The translations under genes were made by a program, and so were the position numbers. 64,000 bases of DNA. Source: an uncultured euryarchaeote (GTDB taxonomy: Archaea; Thermoplasmatota; Poseidoniia; Poseidoniales; Poseidoniaceae). The stretch is from the NCBI GenBank assembly GCA_937892945.1, contig CALBIL010000039.1:5272-69271 (forward strand), in the 5' to 3' direction. The notes beneath the pieces are model-generated. The model saw only the letters and a list, made by a program, of their open reading frames with translations. It had not been told where the DNA came from and searched no databases. Below, piece by piece: positions 50,684 through 60,159 of this stretch (position 1 is the first letter of the stretch; each line of letters opens with the position of its first letter).

Positions 50684-52545
50684 TACTGACCGCCTCCTGC
50701 TTGTTCTGATGCTCGTTCAGCAATCATAGCCTTTACTTCACCAATTGCATCTTTCAGATCAGAACGCATTTCTTCAAGAGGTTCTTGACGGACTTTTATT
50801 TCGCCGTCTTCCATGTAAATGATGTTCAGAATCTTACCCCATTCTTCAAGTTCTCCAGGGAAATCATCTCGAGTATGTCCACCTCTGCTCTCTTCACGTG
50901 TGAGGGCAGCCAGTGTAGCAGCAACGGAGACATCGACCATGTTTTTGAGGTCCAATGCCTGGTGCCATCCGGAATTATATTTGCGAGAAGCACCTGGGAA
51001 ACAGGCTTCTTGCCGTTCATCGAATGCCTTCAAATCCTCTATGGCTTCTTGCATTTCCGCTTTTGTCCGAATGATACCAACTTTTTCTTGCATCATATCA
51101 CGCATTTCATCATAGATACGGCCAGGGTTTTCACCTTCTTCTCTTTGAAGAGGTGCGATCATTACTTCGATTGCTGATTGAACCTGCGCGTTATCGATAT
51201 TTGGCTGTGCAAGGTCTTTTGCTCGCTTAGAAGCAAATTCACCTGCACGCTTTCCAAAAGTAATGAGGTCCGATAACGAATTTCCGCCAAGGCGATTGGC
51301 ACCATGTAATCCAGAAGCAACTTCTCCACACGCATACAGGCCAGGCACATTACTTTCTTGAGTTTCAGCATTGACACGTACGCCACCCATCACATAATGA
51401 GCAGTTGGGCCAACTTCCATTGGTTCCTTGGCAATATCGACACCCGCTAATTCTTTGAATTGGTGATGCATCGAAGGGAGTTTCTTCAAAATTGCTTCTT
51501 CACCTCGATAAGAGATGTCTAAGAATACGCCACCGTGAGGCGAACCTCGTCCAGCTTTGACTTCCGAATTAATTGCTTTTGCAACAACGTCACGGGTGAG
51601 TAATTCAGGAGGTCGCCGAACAGTGGCCAGTTTACCAGAGACGACTTCTTCGACCCATTGATCAGATTCTTCAATCGTATCAGCATGGTCGCCAGCAAAC
51701 ATCTCAGGTACATAATTGAACATGAAACGTTCACCCTCAGAATTGGTTAATCTTCCACCTTCACCGCGAACACCTTCAGTGACCAAAATACCACGAACGG
51801 AAGGTGGCCACACCATTCCGGTTGGATGGAATTGAACAAATTCCATATCTCGAAGTTCAGCGCCAGCCCAGAGGGCAAGAGCATGACCGTCTCCAGTGTA
51901 TTCCCATGAACCCGAGCAAACGGACCAACATCGAGTAATTCCGCCAGTGGCAAGAATTACAGATTTGCCTGAGAATGCATGGAAATCACCATCGACACGC
52001 GTATAGGCAACGCATCCAGTAACCCTTTCACCTTCTTTGAGAAGATGTCGAACTGTATATTCCATGAAAATATCAATACCTTCGTGGATGCCTCTTTCTT
52101 GGAGCGTACGAATCAATTCCAAACCTGTAGCATCGCCTACGTGAGCAAGGCGAGGGAATGTGTGTCCACCGAAATTCCGTTGATTGATTCTATTTTCTGG
52201 AGTTCGGTCGAAGACTGCTCCCCATTGTTCGAGTTCACGAACCCGGTCAGGAGCTTCCTTGGCATGGAATTCAGCCATTCGCCAGTCAGCAAGCCATTTA
52301 CTTCCTTTCATGGTGTCGTGGAAGTGTACTTTCCAACCGTCTCGAGGGTCGGCGTTTTGTAATGCAGCAGCACAACCACCTTCGGCCATAACAGTGTGAG
52401 CCTTACCAAGCAAGGATTTGGTGATAATTGCAGTTTTGGCACCACTTCGAGCCGCTTCAATAGCAGCACGTAGACCAGCACCGCCAGCTCCGATGACAAT
52501 TACGTCGTATTCATGTTTCGTGTATTCTTCAGTCATCATCATCAC
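50683..52545 (-). CDS. sdhA: Succinate dehydrogenase flavoprotein subunit
   Basis: [53 protein letters not shown]. Confidence 0.96.
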   Translation of the reverse strand: MMMMTEEYTKHEYDVIVIGAGGAGLRAAIEAARSGAKTAIITKSLLGKAHTVMAEGGCAAALQNADPRDGWKVHFHDTMKGSKWLADWRMAEFHAKEAPDRVRELEQWGAVFDRTPENRINQRNFGGHTFPRLAHVGDATGLELIRTLQERGIHEGIDIFMEYTVRHLLKEGERVTGCVAYTRVDGDFHAFSGKSVILATGGITRCWSVCSGSWEYTGDGHALALWAGAELRDMEFVQFHPTGMVWPPSVRGILVTEGVRGEGGRLTNSEGERFMFNYVPEMFAGDHADTIEESDQWVEEVVSGKLATVRRPPELLTRDVVAKAINSEVKAGRGSPHGGVFLDISYRGEEAILKKLPSMHHQFKELAGVDIAKEPMEVGPTAHYVMGGVRVNAETQESNVPGLYACGEVASGLHGANRLGGNSLSDLITFGKRAGEFASKRAKDLAQPNIDNAQVQSAIEVMIAPLQREEGENPGRIYDEMRDMMQEKVGIIRTKAEMQEAIEDLKAFDERQEACFPGASRKYNSGWHQALDLKNMVDVSVAATLAALTREESRGGHTRDDFPGELEEWGKILNIIYMEDGEIKVRQEPLEEMRSDLKDAIGEVKAMIAERASEQAGGGQ

Positions 52546-52546
52546 C

Positions 52547-53353
52547 TCAAATTACAAACAGCGCCATATCGCTCAAATATCCTTCACTCACGGCTAAGAC
52601 CCAAAGGTCGCCAAGGAATACAAAAGTAAGTGAGGTCCAAAACCAGAATCCGTGAGAACGGTTCAGAAGGCTAATGCGTCCAAACAACTTGCCACGAATT
52701 TTACTGATGCCAGTAGTCCATCGGTCTAAAGCCCCACCAGCAAGGTGACGAAGAGCGTGGCAAGAGGTGACGTACATGGTCAAGAGAAATGCTTCAACAC
52801 CCATCACGAGTGTTCCAATCGACATACCATATCCGTCTGTAAATTGGAGCGTATGTGTGACATCCCACCATTTAATGGCAAGAATGATCATGGCTGCATA
52901 GAGGAAATAACGATGTAGATTGTTAATGAGGAACAATCGCTTCTCACCCTTATAACCGAGTTTTTTATTGATTTCCGGTTCATCAACCCAACAAGCAGTA
53001 GGGCTTGCAAAGAAGGTACGATAGTAGACTCGGCGCATGTAATAGCAAGTTCCACGGAATCCAAAAGGAATCCACAAGACCAACACTGCTGCATTGACCC
53101 ATGAGGGATGGTCCCATTCATTGAGTCCAAATAAGTCCCATTCAAGGACATTAGGGGAGAAGATCGGTGACATCACAGTACTGCCATCAAGTCCGTATGA
53201 AATAGATTCAGGATAGAGGAAAAGTCGCCATGCGGTATAGAGCATTGCAGCGGTTAGGCCGAGTGCCATAGCCAAAGGTTGCTTGAGCCAGTTGTCGATT
53301 CGATTTGTACGTCCCAGTCCGTTAAGAACTGGAAGTTTTATCCCTTCACCCAT
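52547..53353 (-). CDS. Single membrane anchor of succinate dehydrogenase (mycobacterial Sdh1 Rv0249c-like)
   Basis: [41 protein letters not shown]...FW.SL; first gene of the sdh operon. Confidence 0.85.
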   Translation of the reverse strand: MGEGIKLPVLNGLGRTNRIDNWLKQPLAMALGLTAAMLYTAWRLFLYPESISYGLDGSTVMSPIFSPNVLEWDLFGLNEWDHPSWVNAAVLVLWIPFGFRGTCYYMRRVYYRTFFASPTACWVDEPEINKKLGYKGEKRLFLINNLHRYFLYAAMIILAIKWWDVTHTLQFTDGYGMSIGTLVMGVEAFLLTMYVTSCHALRHLAGGALDRWTTGISKIRGKLFGRISLLNRSHGFWFWTSLTFVFLGDLWVLAVSEGYLSDMALFVI

Positions 53354-53414
53354 GGATTTCACCAGCAACCGTATTGGCTGCTATTCTCATGGAACCGACC
53401 AAGGTCTTTGAGGT

Positions 53415-54038
53415 TCACGCTTCAACCACCTGTTGTTGGAAAAATGAGAAACCATCATTAAACACGGTTTCATTGGCCCAATAGGTTTTCGATTGCCACG
53501 CCATAACGCCATTCTCAGCTATGATTTGGAGGGTCGGGGTACCCGGATTTCCATAGGCAGAATACACAGTCGCTCCAGTGTTTTCACCAGACATTAACTC
53601 ATAGGCTTGAGTCTCTTCAGTAGGAATTACAATTTTCCAAGGGGTGTAATGACTCGATTCATTGTACGTTCCAAAAACGTCCATCAATTCCTCTTTAGAT
53701 TCAAATTCCGCCCACCGGTGTACACTGATTACCGTGATATTGGAATCATTGAACATGCCATCATCTACTTTTTCTCGGATCATGTCTGTCCAGTCATGAC
53801 AACCGGTACACCCTGCTCCAATCCAGAGGAGCATGACGGGTCCATTCTCAAGTTCATCTTTCAAATCAAACTGAATGCCTTCATCTTCAGCTCTGTTCAG
53901 AGTTTCAGATTTGAAGGTTAATTCAAAAGGAAGCGGTTTTGTCTCTGAAGAGTTTTCAGATTCAGTATTCTGAAGTTCTATGCATCCAGGGATAAGGAGG
54001 ACTACCGTAACCAATGTAAAGACAAGTTCACGCAGCAT
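53415..54038 (-). CDS. Thioredoxin-fold lipoprotein (CxxC)
   Basis: LIPGC lipobox, GCTGC, cis-Pro GTPT; overlaps the crtI stop. Confidence 0.7.
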   Translation of the reverse strand: MLRELVFTLVTVVLLIPGCIELQNTESENSSETKPLPFELTFKSETLNRAEDEGIQFDLKDELENGPVMLLWIGAGCTGCHDWTDMIREKVDDGMFNDSNITVISVHRWAEFESKEELMDVFGTYNESSHYTPWKIVIPTEETQAYELMSGENTGATVYSAYGNPGTPTLQIIAENGVMAWQSKTYWANETVFNDGFSFFQQQVVEA

Positions 54039-55641
54039 TTCCGTCACCATGGGCGATGGGTTTTGCTTGAGAGGGGGTGGGAGATTGCTTCTTTACTTTG
54101 GGGCGACGTACATCTTTGAACCATGAATCAACACCGTTCCAATCTGCACGAATTCCAAGGTCTGCGAGTAAAAGCTTACTGCTGATCCGAGCACTTTCAA
54201 AAATAGTTGGAAGGCCGCTACCGGGGTGAGTTCCTCCACCAACGATGTAGAGATTATTTGCTTCTTCAAAGCGATTATTTGGACGTCGCCATAGCATTTG
54301 CTTGAGGTCGTGCGTTAGGTTGAATACAGCACCTCGATAAATATCAGATGCACCCCAATCATCGGGTGTCATAATCGTTTCCGAAACAATATGGTCGGCG
54401 ATATCATCGTAGCCAAGTTTAGCGAGTTGTTTAATGATCAATTCACGGTAATCGTCTTTGATATCGTCCCATACGATTGACTCATGGGTGTTCGGGACTG
54501 GGACAAGGACATAGACCGTCGAATGGCCTTCTGGTGCAAGACTATCGTCAGTAACACTTGCGTTTTGAACATAGACCGAAGGATCTTCCCAAGTCAAACG
54601 ATGATTGGTGATGTCCTCAAGATTTTGCTCGTATGAAGACGATGCATATATCTGGTGATGTTTTAAGTCAGGATATTGCTTATCGACACCCAAATAGAGC
54701 ATGAAGGTTGAACATGAGTATCCTTTCTTTTCGAGTTTTTTGTTCGACCACTTCTTTCTCTTTTCATCTGGTACAAGCGTCGTCATTGCATGAGCAAAAT
54801 CAGCATTGATGACGACTTTGTCAGCAAGGATTTCTTCTCCTTCAATGCGAACTCCGACTACGGTTTTCCCTTCATAAATCAAAGACTTAACCGGGGTGCT
54901 GCAACGAATGTTAACACCGAGTTCTTCTGCAATTTCGCCCATACGGGCAGTAATGCTTCCAAGACCACCCTTCGCATGGAATATTCCATGTTCGTATTCG
55001 AGGAAGGCGAGGATGGTAAACAACGAAGGTGCATGAAATGGGCTCATTCCAAGATACTTGGTTTGAAAGGACATTGCCAAGCGCACACGCTCATCGTCGA
55101 AGTGTTTGCTAAGGTCGCTTGCAACGCTCGACCAAGGTTTGAGTACGGTTGCAACGCGGATTGCACGCTTTGATAATACGTCAAGCGGACTGGTCCAAGG
55201 AGTCTGTAAGCATTGTTTTGAAAAATCAAGTTTCTTACGGTTTTGAGTCACATACTTTTTGAAACCGTTTGCGTTCTTTTCGCCTGCTAAGTCATGAATA
55301 CGTTGAGTCATTGCTTCAAGATCACTTGTAGCATCGATGTGTCCGCCTGCTCCGAATACCAAGCGGTACATTGGATCGAGTGGCATCAAACCGAGCTCTT
55401 TGTGAGCATCACGGCCAATTGCTTGGAAAATCTGTTCGATGACTTCAGGGTAATGGAAAAAGGTAGGTCCACGATCAAATGTGTATCCGTCCTTGTGAAC
55501 CAGTTTTGTACGACCACCGACTTTCTCTTCTTTCTCAAGAACAGTCACATCAACACCGGAATGGGCGAGCAGTAGTGCACTAGCAAGGCCTCCAGGACCG
55601 GAACCTACAATCAGTGCAGTTGGCTTATTTGCTTCTGTCAT
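54028..55641 (-). CDS. crtI: Phytoene desaturase family carotenoid dehydrogenase
   Basis: GSGPGG, GYTFDRGPT, FQTKYLGMSP, YSCSTFMLYLG, DPSVYV, GGGTHPGSGLP; TTTATAT TATA and GAGGAG SD before ATG 55641. Confidence 0.9.
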   Translation of the reverse strand: MTEANKPTALIVGSGPGGLASALLLAHSGVDVTVLEKEEKVGGRTKLVHKDGYTFDRGPTFFHYPEVIEQIFQAIGRDAHKELGLMPLDPMYRLVFGAGGHIDATSDLEAMTQRIHDLAGEKNANGFKKYVTQNRKKLDFSKQCLQTPWTSPLDVLSKRAIRVATVLKPWSSVASDLSKHFDDERVRLAMSFQTKYLGMSPFHAPSLFTILAFLEYEHGIFHAKGGLGSITARMGEIAEELGVNIRCSTPVKSLIYEGKTVVGVRIEGEEILADKVVINADFAHAMTTLVPDEKRKKWSNKKLEKKGYSCSTFMLYLGVDKQYPDLKHHQIYASSSYEQNLEDITNHRLTWEDPSVYVQNASVTDDSLAPEGHSTVYVLVPVPNTHESIVWDDIKDDYRELIIKQLAKLGYDDIADHIVSETIMTPDDWGASDIYRGAVFNLTHDLKQMLWRRPNNRFEEANNLYIVGGGTHPGSGLPTIFESARISSKLLLADLGIRADWNGVDSWFKDVRRPKVKKQSPTPSQAKPIAHGDGNAA

Positions 55642-55808
55642 GGTGTATACTCCTCGGGTGAGCATATAAAAGACCGTTTGTATCCTTGATTTGAGTAATG
55701 AATGCCTTGGACTCACTCGTGTTAATTTCATCAACTCATCATCATTCAATAAGCATCATAAGTCACCCCATAGTGGACTGGACACAGCCTTAGGTTGGTA
55801 GTGATATT

Positions 55809-57059
55809 ATGGCCGATTGGAGTTCAAAAAACCCATACCAGACTCAAATTACTGAGAATTATGTTCTTAACGGTGAAGGTTCCCGTAAAGAAACTCGCCA
55901 CATCGTCTTCGCACTTGGCGATTCAGGCTTGGACTACAAGGTTGGTGATGCACTTGGAGTTGTATCTGAAAATCCCCCTCACATTGTTGAAGAATTGATT
56001 GAAATCCAGGGTTGGGATCGAGACCAAATGGTTGAGACTCACAACGGTGAACGCGACCTCTATACTGCTCTCAAAAAAGATTTTGAAGTCCATCTGGCGA
56101 ATAAGAAATTTGTTCAATCACTTGCTGGAAAAGTAGTGTCCTCTGGAATGAAAATTTCATTAAAAATAGTTGCACGAAGTCGTTCAGATGATGATTGGCA
56201 ATCTTCAGAGTCTTCATCTCTCCCTCCGGGTCTTGCATCAAGTAAGCCTTCAGATGACCCTTCAGCAAAGGTCGAAGCACTTCTTGGTGATGAAAAGGCA
56301 GTCGTCGATTATCTATGGACTCGTGATTATGTCGACATCATGCGAGAATTTGGTGTCAAGTATTCTCCACAAGAATTCTTTGAATTAGCATCGAGGCTCA
56401 AACCACGTTTGTATTCAATTGCTTCATCACATGACGCCCACCCGGGTCTTGTTGAATTAACCGTCGGTATCGTTCGTTTTGAGTATCACAACCGTGCCCG
56501 TGGCGGATTATGCACACAATACATGGCTGATGAAATTAAGACCAATGGTCAACCGATTGGCGTCTTTATGTCACCTACCAAATCATTTATTCTCCCTGAA
56601 GATAAGGATGTTGATATTATTATGGTTGGACCGGGGACTGGAATTGCTCCATTCCGTGCGTTCATGGAACAGCGTGTTTTCGACGGCGGCAAAGGTAAGA
56701 ATTGGCTCTTCTTTGGCGACCAATCGTCCAAAACGGAGTTTTATTACCAAGAACAAATCGAAGGATGGATGGATTCTGGAAGCCTGTACAGGTTTACGAC
56801 AGCGTGGTCTCGAGACCAAGAAAAGAAGATTTATGTTCAACATCGCCTCAAAGAACACGGAGAAGAGATCTGGCAATGGTTCGAGAACGGTGCCTACTTC
56901 TACATCTGTGGCGATAAAACCTACATGGCAAAAGATGTTCACCGAGCATTGATTGAAATTGCAATGGAACACGGCGGAATGTCTGAAGAAGATGCGACTC
57001 ACTTTATTGGAACGACAATGATGCGTGAAGAAAAGCGTTACTTACGTGACGTTTACTGA
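55809..57059 (+). CDS. CysJ-like NADPH:flavin reductase, FAD/NADPH module only
   Basis: KNPY, KETRHI, GDALGV, RLYSIASS, GPGTGIAPFR, WLFFG, YICGD, RYLRDVY; no flavodoxin domain. Confidence 0.9.
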   Translation: MADWSSKNPYQTQITENYVLNGEGSRKETRHIVFALGDSGLDYKVGDALGVVSENPPHIVEELIEIQGWDRDQMVETHNGERDLYTALKKDFEVHLANKKFVQSLAGKVVSSGMKISLKIVARSRSDDDWQSSESSSLPPGLASSKPSDDPSAKVEALLGDEKAVVDYLWTRDYVDIMREFGVKYSPQEFFELASRLKPRLYSIASSHDAHPGLVELTVGIVRFEYHNRARGGLCTQYMADEIKTNGQPIGVFMSPTKSFILPEDKDVDIIMVGPGTGIAPFRAFMEQRVFDGGKGKNWLFFGDQSSKTEFYYQEQIEGWMDSGSLYRFTTAWSRDQEKKIYVQHRLKEHGEEIWQWFENGAYFYICGDKTYMAKDVHRALIEIAMEHGGMSEEDATHFIGTTMMREEKRYLRDVY

Positions 57060-57173
57060 TGGTCTTGCTTCAAATCAAAAGTTCTTCTTCCTTCAGAAGA
57101 AAGAACAATTTGACTCTTCTATCCCTTGGGTTTCGTTAACTCACATCGAAAGTTCCAATGAGAGTTTCCCTCT

Positions 57174-57647
57174 TTATTGAAGTCCTTCTATCGGCAATTG
57201 GACACTGGTTACGGGGATGCCCTGTTCAATGGCCCGTTCTTCCATACGCTTTGTCCAGATCGAGTCTGGCCCGGGGAAAGAAAGCATGTGAGTCGCTCGT
57301 GCAAGCATAGTCCGAGCCAAAGTGGCTACCGCTTCCGGGCGTCCTGAGTCATGTGCAGAATGCGGGCGGGGTGCAGTCCAAGCTTCACTAAATACCGCAA
57401 GTTGGATGTTGCTGTTATCCGCCCATCGTTCAGCGAGATAGTCGACACCACTCGCTCCTCCAAGAATGATGAGGTCAGGATAGCCATTGGCTTCGACCCA
57501 TCGCTCAAGTTGTTCTTCGAGCCAAGCGTAGTCGTAAAATTTAGAATTGCCGCAAATAATCAAATTCACAACCCTCCCATCTCGATTCAAATCCATTCCT
57601 GCCAATTGGTCGAGGGCCTCTGCTCCAGTCTGGTGTTTCCGCGCCAT
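57174..57647 (-). CDS. SLOG-superfamily protein (DUF2493/YspA-like)
   Basis: LIICG...F.DY, LIILGGASGVDYLAERWA, FPG. Confidence 0.75.
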   Translation of the reverse strand: MARKHQTGAEALDQLAGMDLNRDGRVVNLIICGNSKFYDYAWLEEQLERWVEANGYPDLIILGGASGVDYLAERWADNSNIQLAVFSEAWTAPRPHSAHDSGRPEAVATLARTMLARATHMLSFPGPDSIWTKRMEERAIEQGIPVTSVQLPIEGLQ

Positions 57648-57846
57648 GTTCTTCCATCGCTGTCATGTGATATTAAACTTGCGTATTTTTCTATAAACTA
57701 GAAGGAAATTCCCAATTCTCTTCCGCTTTATGTTAAAAAAATACGAAAAATTCCGATTTCCGAGAAGAACTATTCGTTTCAAAAATGCACGTTTCTACGA
57801 CTCTTGAACCGTTGGCATCATAGAGTAATTACTCTTCGACTCATCT

Positions 57847-59187
57847 ATGGCATTCAAGCGTGTCCTCATTGCTAACCGTGGTGAAATTGCTCTACGAATA
57901 CTTCGAACCCTGCGCGACATGGGTATTGAAGCGGCTATTATCCATGGTCGAGAAGACCGATTATCACTCCCGGTGCGATTTGCAGACATCGCTTATGCGA
58001 ACTACAAACAAAACCCATTGGACACTTATTTAGATATCGAATCTGTAATCACTGCAGCGAAAGAGATGGGTTGCGATGCAGTACACCCTGGCTATGGTTT
58101 TCTCGCTGAAAACGCAACATTTGTTCGTCGTTTGAAGGAAGAAGGCATTACTTTCATTGGCCCTTCTGCGGATGTGATCACTTTACTTGGTGATAAAATT
58201 GAAGCAAGAGCGGCAATGGAAGCAGCAGGATTGCCTACAGCAAAGGGTTCTTCCGAATCCATCTCTGATGCCGCAGTTGCATCGACGTTGGCTGAGGAAA
58301 TAGGGTATCCAGTCATCATTAAAGCAGCCGCCGGTGGGGGCGGAATCGGCATGCAGATCGTTGAAGAATCCAGCGAATTTGAAAATGCTTTGAAACTCTG
58401 TCAATCTCGTGCACGTTCTGCTTTCGGGGATGAGAGAGTCTTCGTGGAAAAGTACATTCAAGGCGCTCAACACATTGAATTTCAAGTGCTTGGAGATGGC
58501 AAAAAAGCCATACATTTCGGTGAACGATTTTGTTCGATTCAACGTCGACATCAAAAGTTAGTTGAAGAAGGGCCTTGGCTCAGTGATGAAAAACGAGAAG
58601 AAATCGGTGCATTGGTTTGCAAGGGTGCAGAGTCGGTGGGTTACAAAGGTTTAGCAACGTTTGAATTTTTACGTGATGCCAATGGTGATTTTTACTTCCT
58701 TGAAGTGAATCCTCGTGTTCAAGTTGAACATACGGTGACTGAATTAATCACTGGTCATAATTTAGTTGAACTCGGAATACGTGTGGCTCAAGGAGAACCT
58801 CTTCCGTTTGAGCAAAAAGATATCGTGTTACGAGGACATGCCATTCAATGCCGCCTCAATGCTGAAGATCCTCGAAATTTTATTCCAAGTCCGGGTCGGC
58901 TTTGGGAATGTCACTTTCCTTCAGGATATGGAGTTCGAGTCGATACTCATGCTTATCCAGGATATGAAATGCCAGGCTGCTTTGATTCACTTTTGGCCAA
59001 ATTACTGGTCTGGGGCAAAGATCGAGAAGATGCTGTGAAGCGTATGCGAACCGCTTTAGATGAAACAACGATCACTGGTGTTGAACATTTGATTCCACTC
59101 CACCGTCGAATCATGGACGAAGCAGATTTCCTTCAAAGAGATATCACGATTCAATATATTGACATGCATCAAGAATTACTTGGTTGA
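57847..59187 (+). CDS. accC: Biotin carboxylase
   Basis: ANRGEIA, HPGYGFLAEN, GGGGIGM, CSIQRRHQK, EVNPRVQVEH. Confidence 0.92.
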   Translation: MAFKRVLIANRGEIALRILRTLRDMGIEAAIIHGREDRLSLPVRFADIAYANYKQNPLDTYLDIESVITAAKEMGCDAVHPGYGFLAENATFVRRLKEEGITFIGPSADVITLLGDKIEARAAMEAAGLPTAKGSSESISDAAVASTLAEEIGYPVIIKAAAGGGGIGMQIVEESSEFENALKLCQSRARSAFGDERVFVEKYIQGAQHIEFQVLGDGKKAIHFGERFCSIQRRHQKLVEEGPWLSDEKREEIGALVCKGAESVGYKGLATFEFLRDANGDFYFLEVNPRVQVEHTVTELITGHNLVELGIRVAQGEPLPFEQKDIVLRGHAIQCRLNAEDPRNFIPSPGRLWECHFPSGYGVRVDTHAYPGYEMPGCFDSLLAKLLVWGKDREDAVKRMRTALDETTITGVEHLIPLHRRIMDEADFLQRDITIQYIDMHQELLG

Positions 59188-59237
59188 GCACTTTGATGAA
59201 ACGAAAGGGAGAAGAAGCGTCTTCTACTGGACCCATT

Positions 59238-60158
59238 ATGGATGTCTTAATCGTTGGAAGTATTGCTTACGACAGTGTTGCTTCTCCAATTGGTAATGTG
59301 AAAGATACGTTAGGTGGTTCAGCAACCTATGCCGGTCTTGCATGCTCCTTTCATGCAAAGCGCCTTTCATTGAAGCATGTAGGTCTCGTAGGTGTTGTAG
59401 GCGAAGATTTTGCTGAGAAAGACCGAACTCTGCTGGCTGATTATGGTTTAGATCTAAGCGGTATTGAAACAGCAAAGGGTGAGACGTTCCGATGGGCAGG
59501 TTCCTACCATGGTTCGATGGCAGAAGCACAAACGCATGAGACGCATCTCAATGTGTTTGAACACTTTGAACCAAAAGTTCCAGTATCCCATCAATCGCCT
59601 CAAATTACCTTTTGTGCAAATCTTCATCCTGCTTTGCAAGCCAGTGTACTTCAACAAGCGACACCACGACGTCTATCAATGCTTGATTCGATGAACTTAT
59701 GGATCAATATCGCACGTGACTCATTGATTGAAGTTATGCAGAAAGTCGACCTTATCATCATTAATGATGGCGAAGTTCGAATGCTGGCTGATGACGAGAA
59801 TTTGATACGTGCAGCTCGAAAAGTTATCCAAATGATTGGTGCCCAGACACTTGTCGTTAAACGCGGTGAACACGGTGTCATCGCCTTTCATGGCTCAGAT
59901 ATTCTTTCGCTTCCAGCCTTCCCTACGGACAAAGTTGTAGATCCCACTGGATGTGGTGATACCTTCGCCGGTTCAATTGCCGCCCATTTGGCATCAGGCT
60001 CGGGCCCGTTAACTCGAGACGAACTTCGTCAAGCATTACTTGCTGCAACGGTAAGTGCGAGTTTTACGCTTGAATCATTTGGAATCGAAGGCTTACACTC
60101 GATGACAGAAGAACGATTCAATCAACGTTTGTCTCTTTTTGGGCAAATGCTCAACTGA
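59238..60158 (+). CDS. PfkB-family carbohydrate/nucleoside kinase
   Basis: VGSIAYD, LGGSATY, DSMNLWI, VKRGEHG, DPTGCGDTF. Confidence 0.92.
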   Translation: MDVLIVGSIAYDSVASPIGNVKDTLGGSATYAGLACSFHAKRLSLKHVGLVGVVGEDFAEKDRTLLADYGLDLSGIETAKGETFRWAGSYHGSMAEAQTHETHLNVFEHFEPKVPVSHQSPQITFCANLHPALQASVLQQATPRRLSMLDSMNLWINIARDSLIEVMQKVDLIIINDGEVRMLADDENLIRAARKVIQMIGAQTLVVKRGEHGVIAFHGSDILSLPAFPTDKVVDPTGCGDTFAGSIAAHLASGSGPLTRDELRQALLAATVSASFTLESFGIEGLHSMTEERFNQRLSLFGQMLN

Positions 60159-60159
60159 T

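Noticed and set aside
41779..57647. DAC, macrodomain, SLOG and nuclease genes as an anti-phage defence island
   Set aside because: They are dispersed among housekeeping genes with no integrase, effector or island boundaries
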